Shown here: positions 13,901 through 26,551 of the stretch, one piece after another
How positions within the stretch are numbered: the first letter of the stretch is position 1
Layout of the letters: each line of letters opens with the position of its first letter
Origin: Owenia fusiformis
Lineage: Eukaryota
DNA: 64,000 nucleotides
Direction of reading: 5' to 3'
Assembly (NCBI GenBank): GCA_903813345.2
Contig: CAIIXF020000001.1
Coordinates: 620,001-684,000 of the forward strand
Notes under the pieces: model-generated
What the model was told of the DNA's origin: nothing
Seen by the model: only the letters and a program-made list of their open reading frames with translations
Databases searched by the model: none
Made by a program: the position numbers and the translations under genes

Positions 13901-14655
13901 GAAGGGGGAGGTGTGACGATCCTGCTCGTCATTTTCTATATTTATATCATTTCTCCTTACCTGGTACCTTGATCTTGATTGTAGTTGAGAAAATCACGTA
14001 TAATTACTTTGTATTGAGCTTCAAATTCACGAAACTGTTTTGATTTTAAATTTGTTTACATTTTTCATGGAGGCCGCCATTTTGGATGGTCATGTGACTA
14101 GGAAATTATCTCATTTATATTTTTGATTTTCTGTCATATAAAGAGCACTTTTAAAACTTAACTGGAACGTAACATGTTCTTATGATGTTATCAATCATGT
14201 ATTTTGATGTTGCAAACATATTGTTATATGTTTAGACTTTGATGTATAAAAACGTTTTGTTTGAGTTTCGAGATTAACTTGTACACTCTGACATTGTGGA
14301 CAGCCATTGATAGTTTGGGAAATCAGCTGTTTTCGTAATCAAGAATCGTTTTGAAGCCTAGAGAATCGTTTTGAAGTCAAAGATGTGTTTCTAAAGAAGG
14401 CCAACATGCCCGGGATGACGACAAAGCTCTTTGAAAACTGGGTGAGATATATTAGTGTATAATTTTGGTGATTTCACTGGCTGTTTACAATATTATTTAG
14501 CCGTAATAATTTTGCTGATTCTGATCCCATCTTTGGATTGTCTTTCTATTCATGTAGACGGAATATAATTTAGTCATTTACGAATAAAGATAGTAAGTTA
14601 TTTTAGCAGTTTATATCTTTTTCTGTTGGATCATTGATGATCAGAGTGTGTCATA
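13901..14655 (+). mobile_element. Orphan 3' LTR with polypurine tract
   Basis: PPT gaagggggagg (13901-13911) immediately followed by TGTGACG (13912). AATAAA at ~14583. Ends gtgtcata, a decayed inverted copy of the start. Confidence 0.6.
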
Positions 14656-14682
14656 ACCAACCATTTACCTGAACTATTCTAC

Positions 14683-15280
14683 TTTGTCCACAATTGCTTC
14701 TGTCCACAATTGCTTCTGTCCACATTTGGGTTTGTACACAGTTGTAATTTGTCCACTTTACAATTCCCAACCCCCTAAATGGAAGACACAGCCTTACCTT
14801 GAAGACACAGTTCCTTTTAACAAGTGATGTATGACCTGATATAGCAATTATAATATCTGTCCCTCCCAAATCTGATTTTCACTCATACAAGAAGGAGTGC
14901 TGCCCAAATTTTTCTTAAGTTTGGACTTAGAATATTTTCCCCTCCCCAATCTGATTTCCACTCATACTAGGGGAAGTGCTGCCCAAATTTTCCTTCCCCA
15001 TGCTGGCCTAATATAACTCAAAACATATTTGTCCACAGCTGTCATTTGTCAACAATTGTACAATTACACTTTGTCCACAATTGTGAAATCATATTTGTCC
15101 ACAACTGTCATTTGTCCACAATTGTACAATTACACTTTGCCCACAATTGTGAAATCACTTTTGTCCACAGTTGTCATTTGTCCACAATTGTGCAATTACA
15201 CTTTGTCCACAATTGTGCAATTACACTTTGTCCACAATTGCGAAATCATACTTGTCCACAGTTGTCATTTGTCAACAATT
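14683..15280. repeat. ttgtccacaattg-based minisatellite blocks (14683-14760 and 15028-15280)
   Basis: Repeated ~20-24-bp units around tttgtccacaattg; explains the spurious ORFs at 15029 and 15046. Confidence 0.85.
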
Positions 15281-16844
15281 AATCACACAGTGAGTCTTCA
15301 CCCCTTCCATAGAGCCTTATAAATGAGAACAAGACGGTAAGTGACATATTCGGGGTTTTTGGTCCTAATAGAGCACGTTACCAATTCTATGATTTTTGTG
15401 GAAGCAGGACCAGAAACTTCACAGAACCAACGCAAAAATAATATATTTCCAACGAGTAATGCACTCTGTCTAATGACTACATTGAAAAGTTATGGTTAAT
15501 AAGAACTTAAAACTTGAAATGATAGAGATCATTATCCCATGTTGACACCCAAATAATACAAAGCGTCATATGTAGACGTCCATTCCGAAAAGAAATGTGG
15601 AACAAAAATCAAAATCGAAATAAGTAAATAAATGAATAAAAACAAAAAATCTTCGAAATATGTTGGAATTATTTTACAAAATGAAATATTTACTTCATTA
15701 CAAAAACTGATAAAAAAATTAAAAAAAGTATCATGATATTCACATGTACACCGATTTCAAAAGGCAAATTTAATTGTTTAACTTATATGTTGTTCAACTG
15801 TTTTTGTAAATTAGAAACGTAATAGCCTTGATCAAAGTAATGAAAAACATAAATCTGTACTTACAATTGCAAAATTGATTAACGGCAAACATGATAAAAG
15901 CAGTTAGAAAATGAGTATTCATGTGTACGTACAATTGTTTAAAATAGACGAACCCTAATTGCCCCCAAACAACACCTCCACCAATTATTCAGAAATCACG
16001 AAAATCATATAATCTGTTGTGACTTGACCATTTCTACATTAGCCTACATAGGTTTAGAGGTTACCAGGCTTTACAGTCGGATGTTTAAACAGACTACAAA
16101 ATCCATCAATTTTGGACCTGTTGTAAAATCATTTTGGTTAGGAAAACGATTGGACCGTGTGGACATGGGCAAGCACAAGTAAATGTATCAAAAAAAGGTA
16201 AGGCCAAACGCGTAAAGAAAAGCGGTCAAGAGGAAAACAGACCCCAATATCCCTAACCATTGTGTTATTTGTACATTGCATCAGTGTATAATTAGTTACT
16301 TAATTAACTGTATAATGTTTGCTCGCGCACCATTCAGGAACAACCACCACGATCAAGGAACAACAAAACAATTTGAAAAAGTAGACTTAGTAGATAAAGA
16401 ATTTGATGCAAAAAGGATACAATGGGTTGACATTTAACGATATTACTTCGGGACTCTACTTATAAATGTATTGCATGTATTAATACAAAGCTCTATAAAT
16501 TTGATATAGTCATGAGCGTTGGTAACGTAAATTATTGCCATTAAATCATAGTAATGGTATTGATTCATTAGCATATACAATAAAGTACATAAATTAATGA
16601 TAGAAGTTTGTGTCGGATGGAATGAATGTGTATCAGTAGTATAAAAATAGTTGAACTGTGTCCATGTCTCAAAACAATACATTCATCAAATCTGCTGATT
16701 GATGTGTCAGTGTTGTCTTCTGTCTATCTATATATCAAACAAACAACCAGATATTTTGTTTCCGAATCGATAAATAAAATAATAAATGCAAAAATAAGTA
16801 CAGCTTATAAGTACAACACAAGAGATGTACCTTTGCAGAAACAA

Positions 16845-17930
16845 GTATAGCACCAGAGGAACCAATAATGGGGTTACATTTACTGAACCGTATGCATCCA
16901 TAATGGGGTTTCAAATATAGCACCATATGCACCAATAATGGGGTTACAAATATAGCACCGTATGCACCAAAAATGAGGTCACATATACAGCACCAGAAAT
17001 AAACCAATAATGGAGTTACAAGTACAGTACCAGGAACCAAACCAATAATGGGATCACAAATACAGCACCAGGAATAAATCAATAATAATTGCATCATATG
17101 CACCAATAATGGGGTTAAAAATACAGCACCATATGCACCAATGACGGGGTTACAAATACAGCACCATATGCACCAATAATGGAGTTACAAGTACAGTACC
17201 AGCAGCACCGAAAATGAGGTTAGAAATACAGCACCAGTAATTAACCAATAATGGGATTACAAATATAGCATCATATGCACCGATAATAGGGTTACAAGTA
17301 CAGTACCAGATGCACCAAAAATTGAGGTCACATATACAGCATCAGAAATGAAACAAGAATGGGGTTACAAATACAGCACCATATGCACCAATAATGGGGT
17401 TACAAATATAGCACCATTTGCACCAATAATTGGGTTACAAATATAGCACCATATGCACCAATAATTGTTTTACAAATATAGCATTATGTGCATCAATAAT
17501 GGGGTAACAAGTGCAGTACCAGATGCACCAATAATGAGGTCACATATACAGCATCAGAAATGAACAAATAATGAGGTTACAAATACAACAGCTTATACAC
17601 CAATATCGGGGTTACAAATATAGCACTATATGCACCAATAATGGGATCACAAATACAGCACCAATAATGAACCAATAGTGGGGTTACAAATACAGCACCA
17701 TATGCATCAATGACGGGGTTACAAGGACAGCACCAGATAACCAAAAATGAGGTCACATATACAGCATCAGGAATGAATCAATAATAGGGTTACAAATATA
17801 GCACGATATGCACCAATAATGGGATCACAAATACAGCACCAGGAATGGACCAATAATTGGGTTACAATACAGCACCAGAAGTGCACCTATAATGCGGTCA
17901 AACGTACAGCACTAGATGCACCAATAATCA
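16845..17930. repeat. ~35-bp minisatellite (atacagcaccatatgcaccaataatggggttacaa)
   Basis: About 30 diverged tandem units. Confidence 0.9.
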
Positions 17931-19065
17931 TGTAGCAAGTTCAGAACCAAATGCACAAGTAATGAGATGACATAAATATGACTCTATTGTGTGATTACCT
18001 AGCGACCAAGCGGATTAGTACCGGAGGTTAAGCCATTGCCAGACCAACGGAACAGTAGGTAATGATACAATTTGAAACAAAAATACTCTCTCCTCTGTGT
18101 GGCAGCCGGGGGACCCCTTTGTATCAATTATCAATGATTATTTATGTTTGGCTATTTAAAAATATTCCTCAAATTTTTATATATTCCCAGTGTTGTAATT
18201 ATGGAAAGACATCAAGATTGCTCACAGGCTTTGAAGTGCTACTGCAATGAAAACGTCCGGTTCTGATTGTGTATATGTGGATTTCGGTGAACTGAATTGC
18301 AAACATACATCTACAGCACAGCACAGCATGTCTTCATACCACGTTGAAATATTATGTACATACATTCAATTGATGCGGAAACAAATCATCATATTTAAGT
18401 ATACTTTAACTATTCCAAATTAGGTTTATGCTTTTGATATCTAAGATAATGAAATAAAACAAATGAACTTTCAATAAATGTGAGAAGCTCTAAGAAATTG
18501 TAAAAGCACAACGTAATTCTATATAAAAATGCATGTAAATAAAAGCTCTATAACGACATGGTATTCGAAACAGTCCAAACAGTTTACAAGTGAAAACACA
18601 AAAAACATCTAAATGATAACTAGATATCAGAACATGCATACATGGATGAGCAAGACAGAAGCATACCGCATCAGATCGTATCTAAATCAATTTCTCGCAT
18701 GGTGAGACGTTCGTGGGTGACTTGTATATTTAACACTCTGTCACGGTAGACAAAGCACACATCCCGTGATTAAAGCCAAGATGCGCAGAATAGCTCAAGC
18801 GTGGATGCAACAAGAATAGTACACCAAGCAGATATGTACATGTACCAAGAATATATGAACCAAGCAAAAGATGCACCAAGCATGTTTGTAAGTCGTTCGC
18901 ATATTGTTGCTTCGGGAGTATCGTCATTGTGGCATTTCTAAACTTATTACATAAGTAAATCAAACGTTTGAAATTTTACGCCATCGCCTGAATCCAATAT
19001 CAATTTCTATGAATATGCGTATTGTGACTTATCAATGTTCAGTTTATTTTGTGTTTTATACTTAC

Positions 19066-19148
19066 AACTTTCAAACATCATGGGGCATTTCTGCTCATCT
19101 AGTGGATATTTTGCAAGATCCATTGGGCATGTAAGCGTGGCTGTAATT
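19066..19148 (-). CDS. Cys-loop ligand-gated ion channel, Cys-loop exon (83 nt)
   Basis: gtttcag|...|gtaagt boundaries. Translates (K)ITATLTCPMDLAKYPLDEQKCPMMFES, a C-x13-C Cys loop of glycine/GABA-A/GluCl type. Phase matches the previous exon. Confidence 0.95.
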
Positions 19149-20176
19149 CTGAAACATCAAAGATGAAATACTGAAAACATAACAACATAACACAAGATAA
19201 CATAAACAAACATATCAAACAAGCTTTGGCAGTATTCGAGCTAGGGATTCAAGTTACCCGGTTACAAGCATACACAATCATGTATCTTAATGTACTGCGT
19301 AACATCGATGCTTGAAATCTGATAAGTTCAAGTTAAAGCGATCGAAGGCGGTTGAATATTGTCGTTTCTATACCTATAACGGTAAACACTCGTACTTGTG
19401 TGATGTAACAGAAAAGAAGAATTTTATGGTTTATAATCACACTAACACGTGCCCGATGATCGGAAAAATTGGGCGGAGTGGGGGAGGGGGCAGGCAATAT
19501 CTGCAAGAACATTCAACAAATCTGGAAGATTTGTTTCTTAAAGAAAACGTTTACCATTGAATTGCTGGATGAATAGGTGCACGGTATGGTAAAATATGTT
19601 TGGTCTTCTAGGATTTTTCTAAACCGATGCGCTTCTATAAAGATATTAGATCTATTAGGTAAGGCGCAACGCCACCAACGTGCAAAAGTCAATGTTTTTG
19701 CTATAAATCAAGCAAAAATGATCTTGACGACCAGTAATGAATATTTGTAATTGACGTTATCATATCAAAATTAATGCCATTGCTGACTTTACAAAATGAC
19801 TTTTCATACGTTATATAAAGAACAATCGAAAATAATCAAAAGAGGATGGAGGAGGAGAGGGGGAGTAGATGTCTATAAGGTGAAACAAATTTAGATAATT
19901 CTTGTATTTGGGAAATGAACTCGGTAACTCTGTAAGAAACTGGATGTTACATCTCTGAAAAGTGCAAGATTTGGAGTTATGAAACATAAAGTCAAGTATC
20001 ATCTCTTATCATGTCTATCTATACGCATTTAGAAAAAATGATTATAACGTTTAAAGAAAGTATGCTAATTATCTGCGTGTGAGCTGAAATCATGTCCAGA
20101 GGATCGTCCTGAGAAATTCAGTATAAATGGAAATCCCCACTTCATTATATATTCTAGATTCTATATAGAAACTTAC

Positions 20177-20403
20177 TTTGAGGCATACCACACTCGTCCG
20201 TCTGGAAACAACCTTAGCAATCTGTTTGGTATTGTGACATAATGGTATTGAGCTTGTTTCTCATTGCGGAAGAAAACATCGGGTACCCAGATCTTCTCCC
20301 ACATTCCGTCTTCTAATTTTAACATACCTCTTGTTTTGTTTTTCTTGTCAGCGAGTCTTGGGTCGGTCCATTGTTGTCGTAAATATATATTGATGGAGTA
20401 ATC
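20177..20403 (-). CDS. Cys-loop ligand-gated ion channel, loop D/A/E exon (227 nt)
   Basis: ttttcag|...|gtaagt boundaries. Translates DYSINIYLRQQWTDPRL...EKIWVPDVFFRNEKQAQYHYVTIPNRLLRLFPDGRVWYAS, with the family WxDxRL and WxPDxFFxNEK motifs. Confidence 0.95.
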
Positions 20404-20875
20404 CTGAAAATTATTAATTTTGTCAAAATATATAAATTGAGTAATCCTGAAATGCTTAATGTCGTAAATATATGAACTGAGTAATCCTGAAATGATTAAT
20501 GTCGTAAATATATGAACTGAGTTATCCTGAAATGATTAATGTCGTAAATATATATGATCTGAGTAATCCTAAATGATTAATGTCGTCAATGTATATTAAC
20601 CCTTTGCCTCCCATAGTGTTTTGGGCAATGAATGAAGAAATCCTGAAATTATTAATGTCGTCGATATATGTCAATTGAGTAGTTCTAGAATGATTATTAT
20701 CGTCAATATATATGAATTGCGTAATGCTGAAATGATCAATGTCGTCAATATATATGAATTGAAGAATCCTGAAATGATTAATGTCGTCAATGTATATTAA
20801 TGAAGTAATCCTAAATGATTGATTGCATCAATAAATTTGAAGTGAGTAATGCTGAAAATCATCAATGCCGTAGAT
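20376..20875 (-). repeat. 40-bp tandem array derived from the acceptor and 5' end of exon 20403-20177
   Basis: Unit gtcgtaaatatatgaactgagtaatcctgaaatgattaat (starts at 20461, 20501, 20541) matches the real junction gtcgtaaatatatattgatggagtaatcctgaaaattattaat. About 11 units. Confidence 0.9.
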
Positions 20876-21153
20876 ATAGAGTTGAAATTTTGAGATGATC
20901 CATCATATAAAAATGACATCAATGATATTCATGTTGTCCAAAATTTATGATATCAGTAATGAATAAATGAGATAGTAATGAAAAATATTCTTTCAAAAAT
21001 ATCAAAGATCGATCCAAACAATATTACAACAATCATCAAAGACGAAAAGCGACTATTTGCACTAAACGTAGATTTTAAAAAGTCCCGCCATTTTATTATA
21101 TTATGTGAAATAAACATCCATTAGTGGACTTTCATTTTTTAATTTTCACTTAC

Positions 21154-21218
21154 CATTGTTTGTTCGCTGATTGCATAGAAACTATTGATGTATATGCCTA
21201 GTTCCACTACGGTTGGAC
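21154..21218 (-). CDS. Cys-loop ligand-gated ion channel, beta1-beta2 exon (65 nt)
   Basis: ttttgcttacag|...|gtaagt boundaries. Translates (G)PTVVELGIYINSFYAISEQTM, comparable to glycine receptor GPPVNVxCNIFINSFGSIAETTM. Phase-0 join to DYSINIYL. Confidence 0.93.
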
Positions 21219-23551
21219 CTGTAAGCAAAACATACTTCAGAACTTTTGACTTATAGAAACTATTGATGCATATGCCTCGTTCCACTACGGTTGGACCAGC
21301 AAGTAAACCACATATCAGAACGCTTGACTTATAGAAACTATTGATGCATATGCCGAGTTCCATTACGGTTGGAACTACAAGTATACCACACATCGGAACA
21401 CTTGACTTATAGAAACTATTGATGCATATGCCGAGTTCCATTACGGTTGGAACTACAAGTAAAACACACATCAGAACGCTTGACGTAAAGAAACTATTGT
21501 GGCATATGCCTAGTTCCATTACGGTTGGACCAGCAAGTAAACCACACATCAGAACGCTTGACTTATAGAAACTATTGATGCATATGCCTAGTTCCATTAC
21601 AGTTGGACCAGCAAGTAAACCACACATCAGAACGCTTGACGTAAAGAAACTATTGATGCATATGCCTAGTTCCATTACGGTTGGAACTGCAAGTAAACCA
21701 CACATTAGAACGCTTGACTTAAAGAATCTATTGATGCATATGCCTAGTTCCATTACAGTTGGACCAGCAAGTAAACCACACATCAGAACGCTTGACGTAA
21801 AGAAACTATTGAGGCATATGCCTAGTTCCATTACAGTTGGACCAGCAAGTAAACCACACATCAGAACGCTTGACGTAAAGAAACTATTGATGCATATGCC
21901 TAGTTCCATTACGGTTGGAACTGCAAGTAAACCACACATCAGAACGCTTGACTTAAAGAAACTATTGATGCATATGCCTAGTTCCATTACGGTTGGAACT
22001 GCAAGTAAACCACACATCAGAACGCTTGACGTAAAGAAACTATTGAGGCATATGCCTAGTTCCATTACGGTTGGACCAGCAAGTAAACCACACATCAGAA
22101 CGCTTGACTTAAAGAAACTATTGATGCATATGCCTAGTTCCATTACGGTTGGAACTGCAAGTAAACCACACATCAGAACGCTTGACTTAAAGAAACTATC
22201 GATACATATGCCTAGTTCCATTACGGTTGGAACTGCAAGTAAACCACACATCAGAACGCTTGACTTATAGAAACTATTGATGCATATGCCAAGTTCCATT
22301 ACGGTTGGACCAGCAAGTAAACCACACATCAGAACGCTTGACTTAAAGAAACTATTGAGGCATATGCCTACTAGTTCCATTACGGTTGGAACTGCAAGTA
22401 AACCACACATCAGAACACTTGACGTAAAGAAACTATTGAGGCATATGCCTAGTTCCATTACGGTTGGACCAGCAAGTAAACCACACATCAGAACGCTTGA
22501 CGTAAAGAAACTATTGATGCATATGCCTAGTTCCATTACGGTTGGAACTGCAAGTAAACAACACATCAGAACGCTTGACTTAAAGAAACTATCGATACAT
22601 ATGCCTAGTTCCATTACGGTTGGAACTGCAAGTTAACCACACATCAGAACGCTTGACTTATAGAAACTATTGATGCATATGCCAAGTTCCATTACGGTTG
22701 GACCAGCAAGTAAACCACACATCAGAACGCTTGACTTAAAGAAACTATTGATGCATATACCGAGTTCCATTACGGTTGGACCAGCAAGTAAACCACACAT
22801 CAGAACGCTTGACTTAAAGAAACTATTGATGCATATGCCTAGTTCCATCACGGTTGGAACTGCAAGTAAACCACACATCAGAACGCTTGACTTAAAGAAA
22901 CTATTGATGCATATACCGAGTTCCATTACGGTTGGACCAGCAAGTAAACCACACATCAGAACGCTTGACGTAAAGAAACTATTGAGGCATATGCCTAGTT
23001 CCATTACGGTTGGAACTGCAAGTAAACCATACATCAGAACGCTTGACTTAAAGAAACTATTGATGCATATGCCTAGTTCCATTACGGTTGGAACTGCAAG
23101 TAAACCACACATCAGAACGCTTGACTTAAAGAAACTATTGATGCATATGCCTAGTTCCATTACGGTTGGACCAGCAAGTAAACCACACATCAGAACGCTT
23201 GACTTAAAGAAACTATTGATGCATATGCCTAGTTCCATTACGGTTGGAACTGCAAGTAAACCACACATCAGAACGCTTGACTTAAAGAAACTATTGAGGC
23301 ATATGCCAAGTTCCATTACAGTTGGACCAGCAAGTAAACCACACATCAGAACGCTTGACTTAAAGGAACTATTGATACATATGCCTAGTTCCATTACAGT
23401 TGGACCAGCAAGTAAACCACACATCAGAACGCTTGACTTAAAGAAACTATTGATGCATATGCCTAGTTCCATTACGGTTGGAACTGCAAGTAAACCACAC
23501 ATCAGAACGCTTGACTTAAAGAAACTATTGAGGCATATGCCAAGTTCCACT
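21175..23551 (-). repeat. 78-bp tandem array (about 30 units) derived from the acceptor and first 44 nt of exon 21218-21154
   Basis: Minus-strand unit translates GPTVMELGICINSFFKSSVLMCGLLA and runs directly into the real exon GPTVVELGIYINSFY. Confidence 0.95.
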
Positions 23552-23939
23552 AATATAATAAACATGCCGGAAGATGGTGAGAAAATAGTTCACAATTACA
23601 AAAATGAAGGCATAGGCAGAACACGTACCAATTAAAAGTACCACTACAGCTTCGAAGAGGCTCACAGGCATCATGATACAAAATGTCTTTCATTTGTTCA
23701 TGAACATTTTTCACAAAATATTCGATCGTAATCATTAACTTAAAGCACCTAACGTAAAACAACCTATACGCGCTATAATAAACTATTTTGGCTCACACTG
23801 TATATGATACAGTATAATCAATTCCCTTGACCCATCCGGTATAAGAAATAATCTAATCGAAGGTCATTGGCATTGAAATCAAATACGTATAATGTAATAT
23901 GTATAAAATTAATGAGTGCAAGTACCAATATCAAATATC

Positions 23940-26551
23940 ACTTCATAAAAAGTAATATAAGATGGTTTCAAATGTGGTATTCGATGGTTTCGATTTTTCC
24001 GTTTTTTTAATTCTGCAAAGTGATTTTCTCAAAATTGTCATTTTTATCTGCTTGTTCAATGTTTGCTGGGTAATAATTTCCCAATTGATAAAGGAAATAT
24101 GCTATGCTTTTGAAATATATAGAGGTTATTTAATTGGAGGGATGGAGTATGAATTTTATTCCGAGGGAAAATATGATATTTTTTCTATTTTTTCAATTCA
24201 ATTCACTTCATTTCAAATGTTTCAAATACAGTAGTTGACATGAAAAGACACCCCGAGGGGTGTATAAGTTCCATGTTTAACATACAATATATCATTTATT
24301 AAATTAACAGTCAGGTTATATGGAAAAAATGACAAAGCATAAAATGCATCATAATAAAATACAAGTAATGAGAAGAAAGCATTTTTCAAAGAAGATCTAA
24401 TAATGACTTAGCAAATCAAACTTTAACTTTCGTTCAAATGATTTGATGTGTTTAGACTTTTTGAGATCAAGTGAAAGAGTATTGTAAAGTAATGGGCCAC
24501 TTGTTTCAATTGATTTTCTTCCAATTTCTGTTCTAAATTTTTTAACAGTTAAATTCTTATTAATTCTCGTGCCATGATTATGAATTGCTGTTCCTGGAAC
24601 AAATAAATGTTTGAACCTTTGAAAAGGAAATTCTGGTGATTCTGAAACAGTTTTCTGAACAAAGCTAGCGGTTTGTAGTCTATTGATGTCAAATATATTC
24701 AATATTTTCAGTTTTGAAAAGAGAGGTCCTGAAGGAGCTAGACGATCAGAATAGGTGATAACTCTCAAAAATTTATTTTGCAGAACAAATTTTGAATAAG
24801 AGTTTTTATAGCATTTCCCCATAAAATGTTACAATAGCTTAAGTAGGAATAAATCATGGAGTAATAGATAGTGGTCATTGTAGTTAAAGTCAGTCTATGC
24901 CTAGTCTTGTAGAGAAGTCCTATCAAGTTAGACATTTTTGTACAGATAGCATTTATGTGAGATGACAATTCAGCTTTGAATCAATAATGACACCTAGAAA
25001 ATTGATTTCTTTAACTTCTTCTATAGGTTGTTCATCAATTTTGAGAACAATATTGTTTTTATTAGGAACCTTCTTTTTATTAAATATCATATATATTGTT
25101 TGTTCTACATTAAGAGTTAATTTATTAGATTTCATCAAGTTAGAAACAGTTTTTAATTCAGCATTCATATCTGAGACTAGAGTTCCATAATTTATATTGA
25201 TATTAAATGTATGTCATTTATAAATATTTTAAACAAGAGGGGATCTATGACGGAACCTTGAGGGACACCATATTCAACTTTATTTTTACCGGATCTATAT
25301 TTAATATCTGTAGTTGTAAATTGATCAATCAAGACATTTTCTTAACAATTTATGTGACCATAATTCGATTTTCGAGATAACTTTTGAACCAGGAAAGAGC
25401 TGTTCCACGAATACCATAAAATTCAAGTTTTTGTAATAATATTTTGTGATACACTGTATCAAAAGCCTTAGTCAAAGCAATGAATATCCCAATGCTAGTT
25501 TCCCCGCTATCTAATGACCTGCGAATATTTTCAATGAAATTTAGAAGTGCCATATAAGTTGAGTGCTTCTTCCTGAAACCAAATTGTTGTAAATATAAAA
25601 TTTCATATTTTTCTAAAAATGTTGTCACTTTTACATGAACAATTTTTTCAAGCACTTAATAATAAAAAAATACACTGGGAATTGAAATTGGTCTATAGTT
25701 ATTGAATTTATCTGTAAGGCCTTTCTTATAAATTGGAATTACTCTAGCTATTTTTAATGCATCAGGAAATGTACCAGTAGTTATTGATAAATTGAAAATC
25801 TGAGTAAGAGAAGTTGACAAAGATTTGTTCAGTGTTTTCACTTCTCTGGGTTCTATATCATCTATAGATGCAGCAGAGTCTTTTAAAGATTTTGACATCA
25901 GTTTCAGTAATAGGTGTTAGAAATATTGAGTTATTATTTGTATTAGTTTTCTTTAAATTTACCATTGGATCTAGATTATTGTTTATCTTCTTAGCTATAT
26001 CGAGACCATCTGTGATTTGTCTATTTTCAAGATCAAATGCATCGTTGATATTAGATTGATTTTGATTTGGATATTGGCCAAGGAAAATATCAAATTGACC
26101 AAGGGCGATAGCCTGAGTGTCAATATGTTATTTTCCGAGGCCAATATCATATTTTCTCAAGGAAAAAATTCATATTTCATTACGACTTTCAATAACCTAT
26201 TTATTCTATAATAATTTTCTAAAACTTATTTATTTTTAATTTTTGTATGTCATCACCCAATGATTGTGACATAAAATGATACAATTTACCATGTTACATT
26301 TCCACCTTTTATTAACAAGTTTTAATTAAAAATATAAATGATTAATAGCACTGGAGAAATTACAGGGAATATATACGGGATTTTTGCTGATACGGGATCC
26401 AATACAGGATTTTGACTGATATCAATTTTATTCCCTGTTATTTTCCCGGGGAAAATATTATTTTGGAATAAATCAAATATATTCGTCACTCGTGGATTTC
26501 AATATCAACTCTGAAAATCATATTTTTCAAAACGATAGGATATTCCTATAA
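23940..26551 (+). mobile_element. Non-autonomous element related to 38007-38587, interrupted by the CR1/L2 LINE; left boundary approximate
   Basis: Shares tattcgatggtttcgattttt (~23978-23998) and the end taggatattcctataat (to 26551) with the 38.0-38.6 kb element. Confidence 0.5.
24190..26040 (-). mobile_element. 5'-truncated, degraded CR1/L2-group LINE (ORF2 RT fragments)
   Basis: Fragments FPDALKIARVIPIYKKG..NYRPIS, QFGFRKKHST..LTKAFDTVYH.ILLQKLEFYGIRG, GVPQGS and FLGVIIDSKL. Short aattg repeat tail near 24190-24210. Confidence 0.9.

Noticed and set aside
16735-17930. 35-bp minisatellite as a third exon-seeded array
   Set aside because: Its left flank does not translate into the expected next channel exon in the required phase.
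18730-18963. Hydrophobic minus-strand frames as channel TM exons
   Set aside because: No TM1/TM2 motifs, in-frame stops and no suitable donor.
21139-23635. Long repetitive ORFs on both strands as stand-alone genes or a CRISPR array
   Set aside because: They arise from a stop-free 78-bp unit with no unique spacers, and no cas genes are present. Only 21154-21218 is a supported exon.
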